Positions 48,925 through 62,446 of a stretch of 64,000 nucleotides of DNA are shown piece after piece. Under the pieces are notes generated by a model, which saw only the letters and a program-made list of their open reading frames with translations, made no database searches and was not told where the DNA came from. The DNA is from Anolis carolinensis. Its lineage: Eukaryota. The stretch spans positions 187,628,107 through 187,692,106 of the forward strand of contig NC_085844.1 of assembly GCF_035594765.1 (NCBI RefSeq). The letters run 5' to 3'. How positions within the stretch are numbered: position 1 is the first letter of the stretch; every line of letters starts with the position of its first letter. The translations under genes were made by a program, and so were the position numbers.

Positions 48925-49330
48925 ATTTGGGATGTCCTGGTTTAGCTGCCCAAAGTGATGCTCTTTCTGTTGTTGCGGGAACATTAAGAGGAGTGGTGGT
49001 TTTCATAAAACTTTTCCTTGATTTGAGTCTACTGGGAGGAGGCTGATAGCCATGCAGTGGATGACTTTCAGTGTTCAACCTTATTTTTCTCACAGTTGGC
49101 GGCAACTTCCCGTTGCACATCGGGGGATGGGGGGGAGTAATGCCAGCTAGCTTATAGAGTCTATCAACAGATGTAAGTTTGAGACATCCTATGATTATTC
49201 TACATGCTTTGTTCAGTGCTATGTTCACCTGCTTCATGTGGGTAGACTTGTGCCAAACAGGGCAGGCATAGTCAGCAGTTGAGTATCAGTTGAACTGTTA
49301 ATAAAGTATAATGAGTTATGGTTTCTCTGC
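48925..49330 (-). mobile_element. Vingi/Ingi-like LINE fragment
   Basis: KQVNIALNKACRIIIGCLKLTSVDRLYKLAGITPP...HPLHGYQPPPSRLKSRKSF. Confidence 0.65.
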
Positions 49331-50559
49331 AAACTTGCAGAGAGATTGCTCACTTGAAAGTCCTTCAAATACACCAGCTTAAAAATCAATATCACTAAAT
49401 TTACTTTTGTCTGATGAAGCACAGTGTGTCAGCACCTGTGTCAAAGTGGAGTTCAAATCTTCGTACTTAACCATTGGTGAGTTCAGCAGCAAAGTGATGT
49501 TCTTGTGTGCCTTTAAGACATTTCTGACCTATGACAACCCTAAGGCAAACCTGTTATGGGAGTTTCTTGGTAAAACTTGTTCAGATGTTTGCCATTGCCT
49601 TCTGTGAGACTCAGAAAGTGGATGTTCAAGGTCACCTAGTAGGTGAAAACTTATTTGAACCGTGGTCTCTAAGTCATAGTTCAACACTCAACTACTATAC
49701 CACGTTTGCTTTATTAGGAGAAAGATAGTGTTTTCTGCCTTCTAGGGTCTATGGAGAACTGTGTTGCTGTTGCTGTTCTCCTCTCAGGGAAAATATTTGT
49801 TTATTGAGAAATCCTTGACACAGGAGTCTTAATCTGATCCAGTTCACTGCCCGTTCAGAGTGAATTGGCTCACTCAATATCCAGGTGGCATGGAAGCATT
49901 GTTGCTGCAACAGTCTATGATTAGTGGGCACTGGCTGTGCCACCATAGTGACATTGCTGTGAGTTTGTAAGTAAACAGTGACGCTGCCTGTACTTTCTGG
50001 TGATGGTTATAATTATGTCTCCTTTGCAAAATGACTTAATGATTCACCAAGTCATAATTTTTATTGTTACATTTGAGAGAACTAATGTAATAGAGCAAAC
50101 GTGATCAACTTAAAATACTGGAAAGGTTTCTGAGGGATGAACACAAGAGCATGGGAGTTGTAGTTCATCCACATCCAGAGAGCATTGTGAATCTCAGCAG
50201 CAATGAACCTGGATAAAAACTGGTACACTTGCCCACCATAATCAACTTCAAGTACTAATGGGTTTTGTGGGGGATGGATACAGGATGTTGGGTGTTTCAG
50301 TTCACCCTACATCCAGAGAGCCCTGTGACTCCCACTGATGATGGATGCAGACTGGAAGCGGGGCGCCCTGGTGTCTTTGCTTTTAGGCCTGTTCCTGGGG
50401 TTATTACATTGTCAGCCTCTCAGCTCCCAACATCCCTGTTGCCTCAGCACTATATGAGGGTTTCTCGAGATCAGCTGATCTTGTTGCAGCAGTTTAGTAA
50501 TGGCGAGGCCTCAGACCATATTTTAGTTCTTGTGGTACCACAGGTATCAAAGCTATGTA

Positions 50560-50562
<3 letters not shown>

Positions 50563-50625
<63 letters not shown>

Positions 50626-50643
50626 AAGAGAGAGAAAGAGAAA
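50563..50643. repeat. (GA)n microsatellite
   Basis: Direct reading. Confidence 0.95.
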
Positions 50644-51402
50644 GCGGGGGTGGGGGGTGGGGTGGGGTTAGGGTTATCCATAGAAGTTTTCTCCAGCACC
50701 ACATTTCAAATCTATGTGCCATTGTTTTGTTTTCCGTATACTTACATATCATTAAAAGAAAACCCCAAATACTGTAATGTAATTACAAGTACAAAATATC
50801 TCTCTGTATGGAGAAGTCTGAGTCCATCTATTCCATACACTTGTTCTGCTTGCTATTCAGGGGTGAATTACTGGTGGGCAACCTATAAGCTCATGATCTT
50901 TTTTGCACCTTATTACATTGGGATTTACTCTTTTTATATCAGTATTCCCTATTTTAAAAGAACTGGATACATATTATATTCAGATGTGATGCATACTAAT
51001 CCCATCATACCTGATTCTTATGTCTTGAAAATACTGCACTTTGACTCATCACATCATGGAAGACTGACTCCTCCCAGGCCATTCGAATGCCTCCCCACAT
51101 TGCTTTTAAAAAAATAATCTAATATTGAGCAGCGACATATCCTGGAAGCCTTGAACTACTATTTTCGTGAGATTTTAGCTTGACAGAATGCATACTGATT
51201 TTACAATACCTAGACAGAGTATGACACAGCAAACGAGATATATATGTTGGAATTCGTATCACGGAATCACAAGTCGAACACTCACATTATTACAATCACA
51301 TTATTTTATTATGACACAGCAAACAAGATAGATATGCTGGATTTCGTTTCACAAAATCACAAGTCGAACACTTCCCAAGTGTCTAGGACTGTGTGATGTA
51401 TC

Positions 51403-51403
51403 A

Positions 51404-51466
<63 letters not shown>
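51403..51466. repeat. (TTA)n microsatellite
   Basis: Direct reading. Confidence 0.95.
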
Positions 51467-52294
51467 GCTTCTTAGAAACAGAGTATATCCCAATGTGAAA
51501 AGGTAGTTGTTCATAGAATGGGAATTATTTCAAGTAGAGAACTATCTATTTAGAGTTCTTCAAACAGAACTATCCCAATCAATTAGGAAACAGAAATGGT
51601 TGAATATATATAGGTTGAAGGCATAGCCTATTGCTTCCTGCCACTCCGTATGTAGACCCCAACCAGTGAACATCTCCAAGGAATCAATTTACATTTAAAA
51701 AACAAACACTATCTCTGGGTGAGATTCAGACAAGGCTTTCTACAGCACTGCAGCTACCTGCAGGGGATTATAAAAGTATGAAATAAAGGTATACCCAATA
51801 GAAATTTGTGACTGATTTTTGGACAACCAGTGGAAACAAATAGTTACATATAATTTAATTAGTGAACTACATAATTCCCACCCATTTTAAAAGTTACATC
51901 TGATCAATATTTTTTTTCTGGTATTTTTAGTTCAGATATTTTCTTGTGCTGAGCACGATCATACACATTTCAGCGGATATACAGTTATATTTGCAGCTTT
52001 CTATTTACTTCCTTGTTAAAAAAAGAACAGTCTGAATGTCAGGTTGTATGTGGTGGAGAATCTTCCTCTTGAGTACCTTCTGAATGGGACACCCAGGAAA
52101 AATTCCTTTAAAAATGTCCTGTCTGTCTGTTCAGGGAAACACATTATCTGTTAAATTAGAATTAGAATCAATAAAATAGTATATGCTGATCTGAGCAAAA
52201 CATTTTGTATGTGTAATTTTGATCAATGGGAGAAAGCCTGGAAAGACGTAGTGAGATTTACATATTCTTGCAATTTAAAAGAAAATAGCTATAA

Positions 52295-54499
52295 TTTATT
52301 TATTTATTTATTTATTTCCAACATTTATATCCCGCCCTTCTCACCCGAAGGGACTCAGGGCGGCGTACAAAATTGGCAACAATTCGATGCCTATACATAA
52401 TTAAAACAGCTATAAAAATCCAATAAAACAATAAAAACAATATAAAAAATATAAAAACATATGATTAAAATCCATTCCTCCAAAATCCTCGTGCTGTAGC
52501 CGTAAATCAGTCCAGGTCGTCATTATCGTTTAATCTTCAAAAGCCTGGGCACATAGCCATGTTTTCAGGGCTTTTCTAAAACTCAAAAGGGTTGGGGCTT
52601 GCCGTATTTCTCTGGGGAGGGTGTTCCACAGCCGGGGAGCCACCACCGAGAAGGCCCTGTCCCTTGTCCCCACCAGCCGTGCCTGTGAGGCAGGCGGGAC
52701 TGAGAGCAGGGCCTCTCCAGATGACCTTAGGGATCTTCCTGGCTCATAGGAGGAGATACGTTCGGACAAGTAGATTGGGCCAGAACCGTTTAGGGCTTTA
52801 TAGGTCAAAACCAGCACTTTGAATTGGGCTCGGTAGCATATCGGCAGCCAGTGGAGCTGGCTAAGTAGGGAGGTGGTACGCTCCCTATAAGCCGCCCCAG
52901 TTATTAATCTGGCTGCCGCCCGTTGTACTAATTGGAGCTTCCGGGCCGTCTTCAAAGGCAACCCCACGTAGAGAGCGTTGCAGTAGTCCAAACGGGATGT
53001 AACCAGAGCGTGGACCACCGTGGCCAAGTCAGACCTCCCAAGGAACGGGCGCAGCTGGTGCACAAGTCTTAGTTGTGCAAAGGCTCCCCTGGCCACCGCA
53101 GAGACCTGGGGCTCCAGGCTCAGCGATGAGTCCAGGAGAACCCCCAGACTGCGAACCTGTGTCTTCAGGGGGAGTGCGACCCCGTCCAACACAGGCTGTA
53201 ACCCTATTCCCTGTTCAGCCTTGCGACTGACCAGGAGGACCTCTGTCTTGTCTGGATTCAGTTTCAATTTGTTCGCCCTCATCCAGTCCGACACAGAGGC
53301 CAGACACCGGTTCAGGACCTGAACAGCCTCCTTAGTGACAGGTGGGAAGGAGTGACAGAGCTGGACATCATCTGCGTACAGATGACACCGAACCCCGAAA
53401 CTCCTGATGATCTCTCCCAGCGGCTTCATGTATATGTTGAACAACATGGGGGACAGTACTGAACCCTGCGGGACCCCACAAGTCAATGGTTGTGGGGCCG
53501 AGCAGGTGTCCCCCAATGACACCATCTGGGAACGCCCCTCCAGGAAGGACTGGAGCCACTGCAAAACAGTACCTCCGAGACCCATCCCGGCAAGGCGCCC
53601 CAGAAGGATACCGTGATCGACGGTATCGAAGGCCGCTGAGAGGTCCAGCAGAACCAGCAGGGACACACTCCCCCTGTCCAGTTCCCGGCGTAGATCATCG
53701 ACTAAGGCGACCAAGGCTGTCTCGGTACCATGCCCCGGCCTGAAACCAGACTGCGCTGGATCTAGAAAATCAGTGTCAACCAAGAATGCCTGGAGTTGTG
53801 CGGCCACCACACGTTCCACGACCTTGCCCAAAAAGGGGAGATTGGAAATAGGCCGATAGCTATCCAATTGAGTGGGGTCCAGTGATGGCTTCTTCAACAG
53901 CGGTTTGATCACAGCCAATTTAAGGCTCGCTGGAAATATGCCTTCCCGAAGGGAGGCATTCACCACCACCTTCACCCACTCGGCCAATCCCCCTCTGGCT
54001 TCTCTCACTAGCCAGGATGGGCAGGGGTCTAGGATGCATGTGGTAGCCCTCACCTCTCCAAGCACCTTGTCCACGTCCTCAGGCTGAATCAATTGAAACG
54101 AATCCATCAAAATAGGACAAGCAGGTGCTCTTGCTACATCCTCGGAGACTGCCGTTAATATGGTGTCAAAGCCAGAACGGATCAAAGCGACTTTGTCCGC
54201 AAAGAACCGAGCAAATGCTTCACAGCGGGCTGCCGAGTTGTCAGGGATCCCGTCTTGAGGGACGGGATATAACAAACCTCTGACAACTCGGGACAGCTCC
54301 GCCGGACGGTTCTTTGCAGACGCAATATTAGCTGCAAAGAAAATGTTCTTTGCAGCATCTATTGCCGCGGCATATGCCCTAAGATAGGAACACAGCCGTG
54401 TTCGGTTTGGCTCGCTTGGCTCTGAACGCCACACACCCTCTAGTCCCCTCTTCTTTCGCTTCATCGCTGCCAACTCCTCGGTGAACCAAGGAGATGGTT
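52295..54499 (-). mobile_element. Young 5'-truncated L2 LINE with an uninterrupted ~655-codon RT frame and a 9-bp TSD
   Basis: ORF 52530-54521 has no stops (YRPISNLPFLGK, QSGFRPGHGTETAL, LDLSAAFDTVDH, GVPQGSVLSP, YADD). (TAAA)n tail; TAGCTATAA at 52286-52294 and 54500-54508. Confidence 0.95.
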
Positions 54500-54589
54500 T
54501 AGCTATAAAGTCCACTGTCAATGGTATCTAACCCCACAGGTCTTAGCTAAAATATATAAAACTAGGAAAGGTTTATGCTTGAAATTTAT

Positions 54590-55610
54590 CATTTATTTAT
54601 TTATTTTTATTTAAGAGATTTCTATGCTGCCTTTCTCCAGGTGGACTCAAGGCAGCTCGCATCATCTTAAAATATACATCGTAACATAAAACCACAGCTA
54701 AAAACAAATGATAAAAGTTCAAATAATGCTTTATAGCATATTATAAACAATAAAGTTAAAATCAGTTTAAAATTCCCCGTATGACCATGAAGGGCTTAGT
54801 TAAAGGCTATTACAAACAGGAAAGTCTTCACAGCTTTCCTGAATGACATCAGGATTGGAGCCGATCTGACTTTTTCAGGTAGTACATTCAATTCAATAGC
54901 TTTGGAGCCACCTTCAAAAATATGCATTCTTTAGTAGATTTTAAATGCAAGTTGGCCCTGGATTGTGTGGAAATGAGGATCTCCTTGTTGGACCTTAAAG
55001 TTCTTCCCGGTCTGTAGCATTGGACATGTTGTCTCAAGTAACTGGACTGAAGTTGTTCAGGGCTTTGTAGAGTAGAACCAGCACCTTGCTTTGGGCCTGG
55101 AAACAAACCGGAAGCCAGTGGAGCTGTTTCAACAAGGAGGTGGTATGCTCCCTGGAATCGGCTTCGGCGATTAACCTGGCTGGATGTACCCAGTGTGTGT
55201 ACCACAGTGACCAGATCAGATTCCTCCAGGAACGGGCACAGCGGGTGCACAAGTTTTAATAGGTCACTATCGCCACCTGGGCTTCCACGTTTAAGGCAAA
55301 ATCCAGAATCACCCCCAAACTGTGAACTTGGGAATTCAGGTGGAGGGTAATCTCGTCTGCTGAAGTTGTAACCCTATTCCTGGTTCGATCTTACATGAGA
55401 CTGGCAGTATCTCCATCTTATCTGGATTGATTTGTTTACCCTCATCCAGACCATTACTGACTTCAGGCAACGGTTCAAGTGTGGGACTGCTTCCTTGGCA
55501 TCCAATGGAAAAGAGTCATAGAGTTGGGTATCATTCGCGTACAGATTGTATTGAAATCCAAAACTCCAGATGATCTCTCCCAGCGGTTTCATGTAGATGT
55601 TGAACATAAC
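54590..55610 (-). mobile_element. Older L2 LINE fragment
   Basis: Fragmented ORFs 55374-55625, 55034-55252 and 54888-55250 with L2 RT-like sequence, plus a tail. Confidence 0.85.
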
Positions 55611-57033
55611 AGATGTACCATCCATTCATAACTGGCAACTGGAATTAAGAAAAACATTGAAAATGGACAAATTAACTTGGATAATGAAGGTGAGTTCTCT
55701 AAACAAGGTGAGAAAAAAGTGGAAGAAAGTGGAAAAATATTATAAGGAATATGTCTTATAACAGGAAGGGTGGAAAAATTCTACCAATAAATAAAATATG
55801 AATGGGTGATTCATGGAATAGAGAATAACTATACAAAAAAGGATTCTAAAAGTTTTAAAAAGCCTCAATGTTAGAGGAAATAAGGAAGTAGCAGTAGTCC
55901 CTGTGAACAAAAATAAGCATAGGTATTTCAGTTTTCTTTTCAACAAATGGAATACAAGAAGACTAAGGAAGAACCTCTACCTCATAGGGAAGGAAGGAAA
56001 TCTCGACAAGACACTGAAGTTGTGCCTTTATTTATTTTTAATTGGATGATGTTATGCTTGTTAGGTTTAGGACTGCCATTTTTCTTGTTTGTACTTTTTG
56101 GTGATGTATGTTATTTTTTTTCTTGGTGAAACTCATATGTATATATACATAATATATGTATATGTATACATACATACATACATATATATATATATATAAA
56201 TCTAAGTTGCCATGCAGCTCTTTCTGGAAGAGGAGCCCTGCAAGAAAGAGTTGGTAACCATAATTTTGCCAAGGATTTTGCCAATAATTTGCAGGATCCC
56301 CTAGAAAGTCCCACTACATGTGTAATGTAGCTAGTTCGTTGAAGCATTTTAGAAAGGAGAAATTGTTTAGTAAGTGGAACAATACAAATGAAAAGTAGAA
56401 ATTATGATGTTATCTAACCACCAGGTGGTGTACTCATCTCAAGTTGAATAGATCTAATAGTTCTCTATTTTAGTCATTTCACATGCTGTTGCACATTTCT
56501 AGCTCATGGCAGATCTATTTCAGCAGGAAGAGAGGCACTGTAAATTGGAAAGGCATTGAGTTATAATTTGGGAAAGCTTGATGCAGATGACAGCATAGTA
56601 GCTATCCATCTCTTGAAATCTACAGATCCTGGCATTTTGCCTGGATCAGAGAAAATGCCTCCAGGAAGGAGATAGGAATCCAAATGTACTGGTTTCTGCT
56701 ACTGTGTTGGTAGCCGAAACTTCATTTTGAGGAGCATCTCATATTTATTTATTTATTTATTTACTTCACTTCTATCCCACTCTTCTCACCCTGCAGGGGA
56801 CTCAGAGCGGCGTACAACATATATTTAGACAAAAATGCAATGCCACATTATACAATGCAAATAAAACATAACAAAAAATCAATAGAAACAAATAAAATAT
56901 AAATATAATTTAAAACCATTAACATTAATATATTAAAACATAGAAATATAAAAACAGCATCTGAGTACACCTTCCCCTCCCCCTTCATGGTCTTAATGTC
57001 TTCTTTGACTCTCTTGGATGCACTGGGCCCTTG

Positions 57034-58106
57034 CCTCCTTTTATGCCCCAGCCTCAGGAGGCAGCAGATGTTTCTGCTGGGCCTTGCTTCAGCCAGGCAG
57101 TCAGGGCCAGAGTCTGCAAGGAGCCATTCACCAGGAGCTGAGGTCAAAGGCAGCCTGCAGCAAACAAACACTGCCCTTTCCTCCAAGCTCCTCGTTGTTG
57201 ATGTTCCATGGCTGTCTAAGATGGTGCTGGGTGACTGGGCCCCCACCAGCATCCTCCTTTTATGCCCCAGCCTCAGGAGGCAGCAGGTGTTTTGGCTGGG
57301 CCTTGCTTCAGCCAGGCAGTCAGGGCCAGAGTCTGCAAGGAGCCATTCACCAGGAGCTGAGGTCAAAGGCAGCCTGCAGCAAACAAACACTGCCCTTTCC
57401 TCCAAGCTCCTCATTGTTGGTGTTCCATGGCTGTCTAAGATGGTGCTGGGCGACTGGGCCCCCACCAGCATCCTCCTTTTATGCCCCAGCCTCAGGAGGC
57501 AGCAGGTGTTTCGGCTGGGCCTTGCTTCAGCCAGGCAGTCAGGGCTAGAGTCTGCAAGGAGCCATTCACCAGGAGCTGAGGTCAAAGGCAGCCTGCAGCA
57601 AACAAACACTGCCCTTTCCTCCAAGCTCCTCGTTGTTGATGTTCCATGGCTGTCTAAGATGGTGCTGGGTGACTGGGCCCCCACCAGCATCCTCCTTTTA
57701 TGCCCCAGCCTCAGGAGGCAGCAGGTGTTTTGGCTGGGCCTTGCTTCAGCCAGGCAGTCAGGGCCAGAGTCTGCAAGGAGCCATTCACCAGGAGCTGAGG
57801 TCAAAGGCAGCCTGCAGCAAACAAACACTGCCCTTTCCTCCAAGCTCCTCATTGTTGGTGTTCCATGGCTGTCTAAGATGGTGCTGGGCGACTGGGCCCC
57901 CACCAGCATCCTCCTTTTATGCCCCAGCCTCAGGAGGCAGCAGGTGTTTCGGCTGGGCCTTGCTTCAGCCAGGCAGTCAGGGCTAGAGTCTGCAAGGAGC
58001 CATTCACCAGGAGCTGAGGTCAAAGGCAGCCTGCAGCAAACAAACACTGCCCTTTCCTCCAAGCTCCTCATTGTTGGTGTTCCATGGCTGTCTAAGATGG
58101 TGCTGG
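57034..58106. repeat. 219-bp tandem repeat, ~4.9 copies
   Basis: Unit starts (CCTCCTTTTATGCCCCAGCC) at 57034, 57253, 57472, 57691, 57910. Copies differ at only a few positions. Confidence 0.95.
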
Positions 58107-61100
58107 TGTTGTTGTTGTAGCTGTTGTCATTGTCATTGTTGTCATGTGCCTTCAAGTAATTGTGCGACCTTGTGCGACCGGGGGCTCCACTATGATTCCA
58201 CTTTAATTGTCATGGCAATAGCCTAAGGAATCCTGGGTTTTATAGTTTGGTGACACACCAGAGTTTTCTGGATGAGAATTATTAGTCTCACTCCTAAACT
58301 GCAAATCTCAGAATTTTGTAGGATGGGTCTATGATAGAGAAAATTGAATCATAGTATTATAATTGTGTAATCTTGAAAGGCCCCTTGACACTTAAGGTGG
58401 TATCAGACTGCTATTTTATAGTGTGGGCGCTTTCTATTTATTTATCTGTTTGGAAGTAATTTCCCCATCTGCAGATTACTAAAAGTTTGTTTCTGTCCAA
58501 GGGACTAGCACAGTGCTCACTGATCTGCCCTTCTAGATGTATTGGTCTAAAACAGGGCTGGGCTTCTAAACAGGTAAGGACCATTTCCCCTTCCTATGCC
58601 TGGCAGGCTGCAGCAACATATGTCAGCATGCTCAAAATGGTCAAGTCCAGTTGCCATTTTGGCCAAATTTGACTATTTTTGGTTTGGTCTGGGTTTTTAT
58701 GGGAGGCGGGTGTAAGTTGGCGGAAGTCAGGGGAGCAAAGTTGCCTTTTAATGTGATGTTTGAAGATATGCTTGAAACAAAATAATTTGGTTGGATCTGA
58801 GGACTTTGAGGGCTTCTGTGAACCATCCATAGGTTCAAAGATTCACATCTGGCATGTGGGCTGCATTTTGTAGCCACCCATAGTCTACAACAGAAGGCAG
58901 GGACTTATGAGCTGGATATGATTAGGGACTATACTCCAGAACCTTAGGATGGCACCAGACTAGGAAAAACTGTTGCAGCCCTTCTTGTTACAGTAATTTT
59001 CTATGGCCTTGAGACAAATTCCTTTGCATCATCTAACATAGCAGAACATCTTGAATGATTTCAAGAGTTGCAATGAATCAGCATCTTTCAGCTGATCTCC
59101 GTGAGATGACACAAAAAGATGTATCAGCTTGAGATATGGCCCTCTTCGTTTTGAGGAATGTATTTGCAAGGGACTCTTCTGAAATGTCAATGATTTGCTG
59201 CAAGGCATATAGAAAACAGGACACGAGCAGGTTTAGAAGCTGTCACGTGACATCTTCCCACTGCTTCATAAATATGTAGGGCAGCGATACTCCAAGGAGG
59301 TGTTATCCTCAATTAAAAATCTGGGGAGTTATGGATTTTTTCTTTGTGATACTTTTCTTTGTAGCTAGATTGCCATTGTGTTCTACACTCATTTATTCAT
59401 AATTTCCATTGGTAGTCAAGCAAATACTCTGCATCTCATCCTTCTAATAGCAAAGCAGAAAACATCAGACAGAATGGAAATAGGAGGTTTAATTGCTACT
59501 GTTGCTGATAAAGCAACTTAAGTCTGGATAAGCATTATAGGTGTTGATTTATTATAATTAATAAATTTATTATAATTAATGTTTGATTTTTATACCTATT
59601 ATGTATAGGTATATATACCTGGGGTCATATAAACATTTCTTGAGCAGAAAAGGATTGCAATTTCAAGAAGACCTATTCTAGAAGACCTCTCTCTGAATGT
59701 CTATAGACATTCAATGATGGATTTGTCTGCTGTTGTTCTTCTGCATTTTCTCCAGTCTGAAACTCAAGGTTACTTATGATCTCATCACGCAATGGGCTGC
59801 AAGCGTCCTGGGATGCTTACAGCACAGCTAATCGATGGAGCCCCACATCACCCATTATACAATGAAGGCTGACTTCCTATGGGGCTCCATCCTAGGACAC
59901 TTGGCCCAGAACAAGGAAGGTCTCTCACGTTCCATAAGGAATCACAGGGCCAGTGTGGGTAAAGCCATGCAGTGACGCTTCCCCATGTGTGACGGGGAAG
60001 TGTTGCTGCTGGAAAGGCAGGGTGTGGGGCTAGCCACGCTGTCCCTCCAATTTGCCATGAAGGCTGGTGTATTGATCCTGGGGTCCTCATCAATGTGAGA
60101 TCCTCTGTAACAAACATACCATCAAATTCTCTTGTTGGGACCTCATACTAAGCTAAAAATGTAATTAAACAATCAATAAAAACACACTGGTTAAAATGTA
60201 GCCATTAAAAGATACATTGTGGAAAGTGGAGTTGAAAGAGGGGCAATGTTAAAGGTAGGAGGGAGTATGAGAAACACCTAACAAAGGGGCAGTAGATGTA
60301 AACATGAAGAGCATCCTAAAAGCTGCTTATTACAGTGTGCTTAAGAATGTTGTGGCGCTGCAATCAAAGAAACCTTGGAGGCTGTCCTGGTGAAAGAGAT
60401 GGCATGGAAAGTGGCCTACAGCATAAATATTTTCCTATTCCAAGAGGGAAAGCGGGGTCATGTCAGGTAAAGTTAGGTTTCAACAACAACAAAAAATATG
60501 TCATGACCTAGGAGAGCATGATGCAGAAGATACAGGCTGGAGTAATTGAGGCCTTTGGAAAGTCATGTCTGAGACTTTAGATATTGGCTACATTTCTTAG
60601 AAGAGCTGTAATGTTTGGAGCCTTGTATTCTTTGTAATTGGGGGACAGACTTGTTCTTGGATTCTGCGATACATAAGGGGGTGCTGAGGGTTTTTATTCT
60701 ATTTATTGTATTAAAAGACTTTCAAAATTACATTAAAAGTTAAAAAAAATTTTTTCAAGGGAATATAGAATTAAGATAAGAAGCACAGAACAGAAACACA
60801 AAAGGTGCCAAGAAAAAGAAAGAAACTTGGAAAAGAAGAGAGAAGGAATAGAAGAAATAATGCTGAGGCTTCTTCTTGAAGTGGGGTGAGCTTTTGGACT
60901 TCAGCTTTGTCTCAGACTGATGCAGGTAATGGTATCTGTCACAGGAGTGTTGAGTCTCAGCCAAGGAAGGTAGAGTATAATAATTCATTAAGTGATTCAA
61001 TGATTTTGGAGTTCAAAATGGATTGGTCATAACAATTCAAGCTGTGTGTATTGGCTCTTTTGCATTATAATGAATGACTGCCAGGTGTATAATACCATAC

Positions 61101-62446
61101 CTATTGTTGAATTATGCTATTATATCTGAAATAAACTAAATGATGTCCTTGCCTGTGTCAAAGCTGATATACCCACTCTAGGTTCTTGTAGACTTGCAAG
61201 CTGATGCCCAGTCAGGCAGATAATAGGGAGAAAGCACTTAGAACTGATGTACTGTTGCAACATGTAGGCTTTTGGCAGTGCTAATGAGCCTTCTGGAGGT
61301 TCCATCCTTCTGTCTTAATAATGTGTGACATTTTAAGGGCACTATCATAGGCAGGGATCTCGTTGGAGAGGCGAAATGTATCCTTCCCAGAGTCAAACAT
61401 AATTCAGTATAGATGAATGTAAACAGGAAATAAAACTTTACATCAGCCACTGACTTTCCTACCATTTCATAAAAAGTGCAACCACATGTTACAACATTTT
61501 GCTGGTATATTTAACCAGTGTGTGGTGTAATGATATGAGTGTTGGATGTGGGTACCAGGGGGCCATGGATGAACCTCTCCTCAAACTTTGGGTGGCAAGT
61601 TAAACTCAGCCTGAAGGGTTAACTTTCTCTGAATAAAAATGTACCCCCCTATGATAGGGTTGCTGTAAGTTGGAACTGACTTAGGATATCACCACATTAC
61701 TTTTTTCATTGTCCTGGAATGCTTGGAGAATGCTGCAAACATTGAGCCTGTCAGAACCCATCAGACAATGTAGGGCTACTTTGTGTCCTTTGATCTGCCT
61801 TTAGACTAATCAGGAGGTCCCTGACATGTCTGAATCAAACTTTAGTTTGTTTGCCCTTATGCATGTTTGATGACAGTCACCAATTTAGAAGATATATAGC
61901 CTTCTTGAAGTCAGGCAGAGAACAGAAATAGAGTTAAGTGTCATCAGCATTACTGATGATGCTTGACCCACAAACTCCAAACAACTCTTCCCAGTGATTT
62001 CTTGTATATGTTATATATGATGGTGCACAAAAACAGAACCCTGAGGGTTTCCACAGGTCAATGACCAAGGAGTCAGACACAAATCTTCCAGCATCTTCTG
62101 AATTATTATCTCCAGAAAAAACTGGAACCACTGTAAAACAGTATTTTCAGGTCCCATCCCATAAAAATATATTTGGTAGCAAAAAGTGCAGAGAAATCCA
62201 ACAGAGCCAATACATGTATTTTCCCACTGCCCAATTTCTGCTGTAGATAATCAAACTAGCCAAACCCATCTGCATCATAAAATCAGGTCTGAAGCGTTAT
62301 TGAAATGGTTTTAAATCAGAGTTCTCAAACATTTTCAGCCGTGGAGTCCTTTTGGAAGCAAAAGTTTCTTGTGGAGCCCCAATAAATGTTTATATATAAT
62401 ATAATATAATATAATATAATATAATATAATATAATATAATATTATA

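Noticed and set aside
45600-49970. Exon-like segments (donor at 45940, acceptor at 46598, 49746-49966)
   Set aside because: I could not join them into a coherent reading frame or recognise a protein. A lncRNA cannot be excluded without RNA data.
50265-51117. 170-aa and 195-aa ORFs with ER repeats
   Set aside because: They are produced by the (GA)n microsatellite and RTE/MITE fragments.
52530-54521. 663-aa ORF as a host gene or autonomous element
   Set aside because: It is a 5'-truncated L2 ORF2. The first residues come from flanking DNA and the endonuclease is missing.
56848-58155. 435-aa and 377-aa ORFs as genes, or the array as CRISPR
   Set aside because: ORF length follows from a stop-free 73-codon repeat unit, with no recognisable domain. 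There are no unique spacers, and the DNA is eukaryotic.
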